Below are positions 58,628 through 64,000 of a stretch of 64,000 nucleotides of DNA, piece by piece. The position numbers were made by a program, and so were the translations under genes. This stretch comes from Prorocentrum cordatum (lineage: Eukaryota), in the NCBI GenBank assembly GCA_963575745.1, contig CAUYUJ010000170.1, forward strand, positions 248,001 through 312,000, written 5' to 3'. Within the stretch, counting starts at the first letter, position 1; the number at the start of each line of letters is the position of its first letter. The notes below the pieces were generated by a model. That model ran no database searches. It saw only the letters and a program-made list of their open reading frames with translations, and had not been told where the DNA came from.

Positions 58628-59593
58628 GCCCTCTCCACCAGATCTCCCCCCTCCCTTCTGCAAACCTTGCGAGCGGTGGGCACGGGGCAGGGGGAAGGAG
58701 AAGCACGACGACGAGAGGGTGGGGAGGAGAGTGGTGGGAGGTCGGCGGAAGGGAGGGAGGGAGGGCGGTGGGGGGAGTAGGAGGAGGGAGAGAGAGGGGA
58801 GAAAAAAAAAAGAGAGGGGAGAGAAGAGCCCGGGGCGAGGCAGGTCAAGAGAGACCGGAGCGACGGAGGGAGGAGGGCGGGAGGGGGAGGATGGGGCAGC
58901 GCGCGGAAGGGGCAGGGCAGCGGGAGGGGAGGCGGGCGGGAGCGCTCGGGGAGGAGGGAGAGGGGGGCAGCTGGGCGAGGCAGGCGGGGCACGCGCGCGA
59001 GCCACATCTGACATCCCTGCCCCTCCCACCCATCCCTTCCTGTCGCCGTTGCGTGGGGCCCTCTGCTGTCCGCCGGCTCGGCTGGGGTGTCCTGGATGAT
59101 GGGCCTGCTTTCCACCACCACCACCATGGAGGGGGAGGGGGTCCTCTTCCTCCTCCTCCTCCTCCTCCTCCTCCTCCTCCTCCTCCTGCTCCTCCTCCTC
59201 CTCCTGCTCCTCCTCCTCTTCTTCGTCCTCCTCCTCCTCCTCCTCCTCCTCCTCCTCCTCCTCCTCCTCCTCCTCCTCCTCCTCCTTCCCCCCTCCAACT
59301 TATGGTGGTGGTGGTGGAAAACACGCCCATCACTGGAGGACCTCGATGCCCAAATGGTAGCTGCAGGAGCTGACCCCTCGGTTGCTGCGCAGTCCTGGCT
59401 CGTGCGGATGAGGCGGAGCAGGAGGTGGATGATCAGGAGGCGGAGGAGGTTGATGAGGAGGCTCAGGAAGCGGGAGAGAACAGGAGGAACGGTGGTCGGC
59501 GGGGAGCAGGGGAAGAAGAAGCGGTGGCGACAACGAAGAACGAATCGGACTCCTCGGACGTGGCCGGCGCTGGGGCCAGGGTGCAATTTGTGT

Positions 59594-60872
59594 TGAGCTT
59601 CGCAGGGAATGCCCAGAGCCCCGCGGGCCCATCGGGAGAGAGAAGAAAGGACGGTGAGAGCATTGGAGGAGGCACCCATTGGATGAGGTCTCCAGGGTCT
59701 GGAAGCCAGTGGAACTCCAATCGTGGATTGGCCATGGACATCACCGCCGCCCTCATCAGATGAGGAGTCCACCAGGGTCTGAAGCCTCATGGGCATATTC
59801 CAGAACGAACGCCCCGACCGTAGTGGTGTGGGGGGAAGAACGGAGTAGGGAGGAGGGAGAAGAGGGAGAGGAGGCGGATCGGGAGAGGGATCACCTCGCC
59901 ACATGGACTTCGTCGCCCTCGGATGTAAGTCTCCAAGAGGCCTGGGGGCAAGCCCGCCATGCTCCCAGAACGAGGCAGCCTAGCAAGCAGAGAAGGCCGA
60001 ATCCCGGGACGCGCTCCATCCATATAGAAAGAACGGCGTGAGCATAAACATGTGGAGCGTCGCGCACATGTCTTAGATCCACGAGGGCCCCCTCTGGCGA
60101 TGCCTCTGGCGCCGCCCCTGGCGCGCTCCGCGCGCCAGAATGGGACCTATTCTGGCGCGCCGATCGAAGAAATCCGCGCGGAGCTCCCATAGTATGAGTT
60201 TATGCCTTTGTTGTGCAGGTGAAGAGCACTATAGAAATAGCTTCCTGGTTGCGACTTCGAGACGCCAGAGTTGCTCACAATGGCATCATGCCCCCACCCG
60301 TCTATGCGACCTCGAACCTTCTCATCCGCTCTTCCACGCCTTGCCCTCCCCCACTGTGCCCCGTCAGAACACCACCTCAGCTCACAGCTCACCAGAGGTC
60401 CCTGGAAGCTTCTGGAGGCAGCCAGGAAACCCCCAAAAACCAACGACATCCGAAAATCTCGACCCTCGGATGCCCCCTTCCCCATTCCGCCTTAAGGCCC
60501 TCCCCTGGAGATCTTCAGAAGTCTCTAGAGATCTCTGGAAAAGTCTCTTTAACCCTTCCAGAGGCCTCCGAAACCCTTCCAGCGGCCTCCGAGAGCCATC
60601 CCAAGGCCTCCTTCCCCCCTACAGCAGGCACACAAGACAAGAATCCTGCCCACTAAGTAGGGGCACATCCGTCATCGACACTGAGCTTCGCACGGTGCCC
60701 CCGAGCTCTGCGGGCCGATCGGGAGAAGAAAATATGATGGTGATGGCATTGGATAAAGAACCCATTGGATAAGGAATCCGGGGTCTGGCAGCCGGTGGAA
60801 GTTTCATCGTGGATTGGCCATGGATGTCATCGTCACCCACATCAGATAAGCAATCCTCCAGGATCTGCAGTC
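59594..60872. repeat. Diverged ~190-bp direct repeat pair (~59594-59790 and ~60682-60872)
   Basis: Shared TGAGCTTCGCA...GCGGGCC.ATCGGGAGA...CCCATTGGAT...ATCGTGGATTGGCCATGGA...CATCAGAT.AG. Confidence 0.8.
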
Positions 60873-61439
60873 TAGGAAGGGTGGAGGAGGAAGGAGGAAG
60901 AAGGAGGAGAAAGAGGAGGGAGGAGAATAAGGAGGGTGGAGGAGGAAGGGGGAGGAAGGAGGACGAGGAGGAGGGGGAGGGGGAGGAAGAGAAGGAGGAG
61001 CACGAGGAGGAGGAGGAGGAGGAGGAAGAGGAGGGGGAAGAGGAGGAGATCCGAGAATTAAGCTAGAAGAAGCTACTACACTATTTAAGTATGCAGGATC
61101 AGTTGCTACAAGATAAGGCAAGATAGTGTCAATCCAGCTGAGAAAATTTGATATACGTATTGCCAGGTAAATATGCTAATCCCACCCGCCCTTAGGGCGT
61201 GAGTGGTTTAGGGAGTTTCCTCTTCCAACACCCTTTCGTTCCCTCAGGGGATGGGCTTATCAATGCCCCCTATTAACATACACCCCCTCCCCCACCCGGC
61301 CAGCGGCCAACCCAGAACCATGACGACCTCATGAGGGCCCCCCCACCATCCCTGTCAAAAAAACGATACAACACGCACTCTGCCTCCAGATTCGGAGCAT
61401 GCGCGGCCGCCCCGCGAACATTTTGTAGTGGTATGTTAC

Positions 61440-61560
61440 AGGGGCGGCTGGGGTGCCGGCAGATCCCACCTGCCTTCTGGGAGCAAATCGTCGACCGACT
61501 GGTTTGACACATCGATGGCTGCTGCCTTTTCGCCTTACCGTTTACGATGGGATTTCGAAA
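61440..61560 (-). pseudogene. Possible decayed tyrosine-recombinase C-terminus
   Basis: PS*TVRRKGSSH then, in another frame, NQSVDDLLPEGRW, resembling P-Y-S-L-R-R-G-G-A-x-H...G-R-W. Confidence 0.3.
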
Positions 61561-64000
61561 CCTCCACATGGCTCCAAAATTGGCAAAGAAAGCTCAAAGC
61601 CGGGCCCAAGAGCCCCTATTGGTTCCTAGTGGCTGGCGCACCTGGCGCGGCTGGAGCACATGGAACACTGGGCGCACGTGGAGCACATGCCGCACCTGGC
61701 GCGCCTGGCACGCTTGGGCCTCCAGGGTCTGGTTCATCTGGAACCCGTGGCGTCTGCGGCGTTCTTACGCGATACGCTAACTCCCGGGTGTTGCGTACGT
61801 GCTGAGGGGGCGGGTGGGAGTGAGCAAGACGGCTTGCGGGTGGGTGGGAAGCTTGACCCCTCCCCCTAGGAGGAGGAGGAGGAGGAGGAGGAGGAGGAGG
61901 AGAAGGAGGAGGAGGAGGAGGAGGAGGAGGAGGAACCCTCTACCCCTGGACCTGGAGGGGGGCTCGCGAGGTGGTGGAGCGTCCAGGATGGCCTCGGCGA
62001 GAAGGCCTTGGCCGCACGCTGGCTCCGTCCTGGGAAGGAGGGGGGGTGCTCATCTACGCCGCCCCCTCCTTTGGTGGACCTCCTCCAAGGTGCCCAGGAG
62101 GCGCCAAGGAGGCCCTGAGAGGCCCCAGAGATGCACCCGAGGTGCCCCCCCCCAAGGCTCCCAAGAGACCGCCGAGAGGTCCCAAGAGACCGCCAAGGGG
62201 CCCCCGAGACGGCCCGACAGGCCTAGAAGAGGCTCTCGAGAGATATCCGAAGAGACTCCGAGAAGCATTCAAGGGGCCTGGCTTTTCTGTTCGCCCTCCG
62301 CCTCCGCCTGCTCGTCCTCTTCCTCATCCACCTGATTGTCTTATTCCCTCCTCTGTGTTCCCGCCTCCCCTCTCGCCCTCCCCTTCCTCCCCCGCCCCCT
62401 CCTCCTTCCTGCTGCTCCTCCACTTCCTGCTCCTCCTCGTCCTCCTCCTCGTCCTCACCCTCCTCTGGTTCCTCCTCCATCCTCCTCCTTTCGGAGCATG
62501 ACGGCTGCTGCCGCGTGCGCCCCCCCCCATGCCCGATAGAAGGGCAGCCCGCCCGGGCCTCGTTTCTGGATGCGCCGGTGGAGATACGCGGAGCGTCTGG
62601 CGGATCCTACAAGATAAGCTGTGGCGAGACCCTGGGACGCTGATCCTCCCTCTCACAGCTCTGGGAGCCGAGGAGGAGGATCAGGAGGAGGACGAGGAGG
62701 AGGAGGAGAAGAGGCAGGACGAGTTCAAATGACCAAGATGGGCGCCGCACGATCAGGGTCACCCCTCGGGCAATTGCCCGATGAGATGCTGGATGTCCCC
62801 CTGGCGTCGGATCAATTGCTGGATTCTCGCGGCCGCGGCCGCGGCAATGCGGCTGCGCGAGCACTGCCAGGGCGGTCCCGGCAGAGAATCCGAATGATGA
62901 TGAGGAGGAGGAGAAGGAACAGGAAGAGGAGGATGGGGAGGAGGAGGAGGAGGAGGAGGAGGAGGAAGAAGAAGAAGAAGAAGAAGAAGAAGAGGAGGAG
63001 GAGAAGGAGGAGGAAGGAGGAGGAGGTACTACACTCTGCAGTGCTAAGGTCCGCGCCGTCACTGTCTTGGACTGTCGAGGCGACGCTCACCACAGATCTT
63101 AAGGCTGTTTCCATATGGTTTATTTATTGTTGATACGTCCCCTCCACTTAAAGGTGAGTGTCGCCCCACCTGGCGGGCGCCTACTCTCACTGACATTATC
63201 GTCTTTCGCTCCCCTTCTTCCATTTTCCGCGGCACCCGCCAGGTGCATCCTTCACGCGAGTCGTTTTTGTTACCTTCACTGAAGAACGCCACATCTGCTC
63301 ACAAAAGTCTGATCAATGCAAAAGAGGAGGAGGAGGAGGAGGAGGGAGGAGAGGAGGAGGAGGAGGAGGAGGGGGGGAGGGGAAGGCGAGAAGGAGGAGG
63401 AGGAGGGAGGAGGAGGAGGGGGAGGAGGAGGAGGAGGAGGAGGAGGAGGAGGGGGGAGGAGGAGATGGGGAGGGAGCAGCATTGTGGAGGATGGAGAAGG
63501 GTCTCCCCCGAAGGACCGCCTCTTCTGCTCGCCACGCCGCGCCACCGACCCGCGGGGCGGCAGGGCGCCGCCGACCGCGCCTCTCGAGACGCCTGCGGCT
63601 GCCGCCGGCCCGAGCCACGAGGCTGCGCGCGCGCTCCCTCGTGCGCTGCCCGCGCGCTCCTCCCTCCTCCTCCCTCCTCCTCCTCCTCCTCCTCCCTCCT
63701 CCTCCTCCTCCTCCTCCTCCTCCTCTCCTCCTCCTCCTCCCCTCCTCCTCCTCTCCTTCCTCCTCCTCCTCCTCCTCCTCCTCCTCCTCCTCCTCCTCCT
63801 CCTCCCTCCTTCCTCCTCCTCCTCCTCCTCCTCCTCCTCCTCCTCCTCCTCCTCCTCCTCCTCCTCCTCCCCCTTCTCCTCCTCCTTCTCCTCCTCCACC
63901 TCCTCCTCCTCCTCCACCTCCTCCTCCTCCTCCTACACCTCCTCGTCGTACCATTTCTCCTCCACGTCGGCAGGGCGGGCTGGGCATTGCGCGTGAAAGA

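Noticed and set aside
62560..62830. Possible exons (WRILQDKLWRDP; LGQLPDEML, F-box-like)
   Set aside because: Short, in different frames, with no consistent splice model.

Overview
Eukaryotic, GC-rich, repeat-saturated genomic DNA with one 100-N gap (31275-31374). A dinoflagellate origin is inferred from probable GA-AG introns, a relict spliced-leader 12-mer and the repeat landscape. Most ORFs in the track are artefacts of trinucleotide microsatellites and GC-rich repeats. Supported content: (1) a spliced minus-strand gene with a ubiquitin-like N-terminus plus leucine-rich repeats (exons 10977-10846, 10360-10190, 1299-1183, 868-~71); (2) a partial minus-strand EF-hand gene (53846-53539, 50116-50009); (3) a near-intact non-LTR retrotransposon (ORF1 plus APE-RT-CCHC-RNase H ORF2, 31422-37345) embedded in (GGA)n, with ORF1 and ORF2 in one frame separated by a single TGA, and a decayed relative at ~19.3-22.2 kb; (4) many nested MITEs, Helentron-like, foldback and array-carrying non-autonomous elements. 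The most interesting signal is absent from the ORF track: a decayed geminivirus/genomovirus-type Rep SF3-helicase C-terminus (5421-6026), readable only after removing a MITE. Its downstream ~90-bp module, containing a TAxxxTTAC mini-hairpin, recurs in a head-to-tail non-autonomous element at 1455-1830, and a 3 x 20-bp repeat/unique-spacer array lies just upstream. Together these suggest a CRESS-Rep-driven rolling-circle transposon family. All calls are by eye; no database searches were run.
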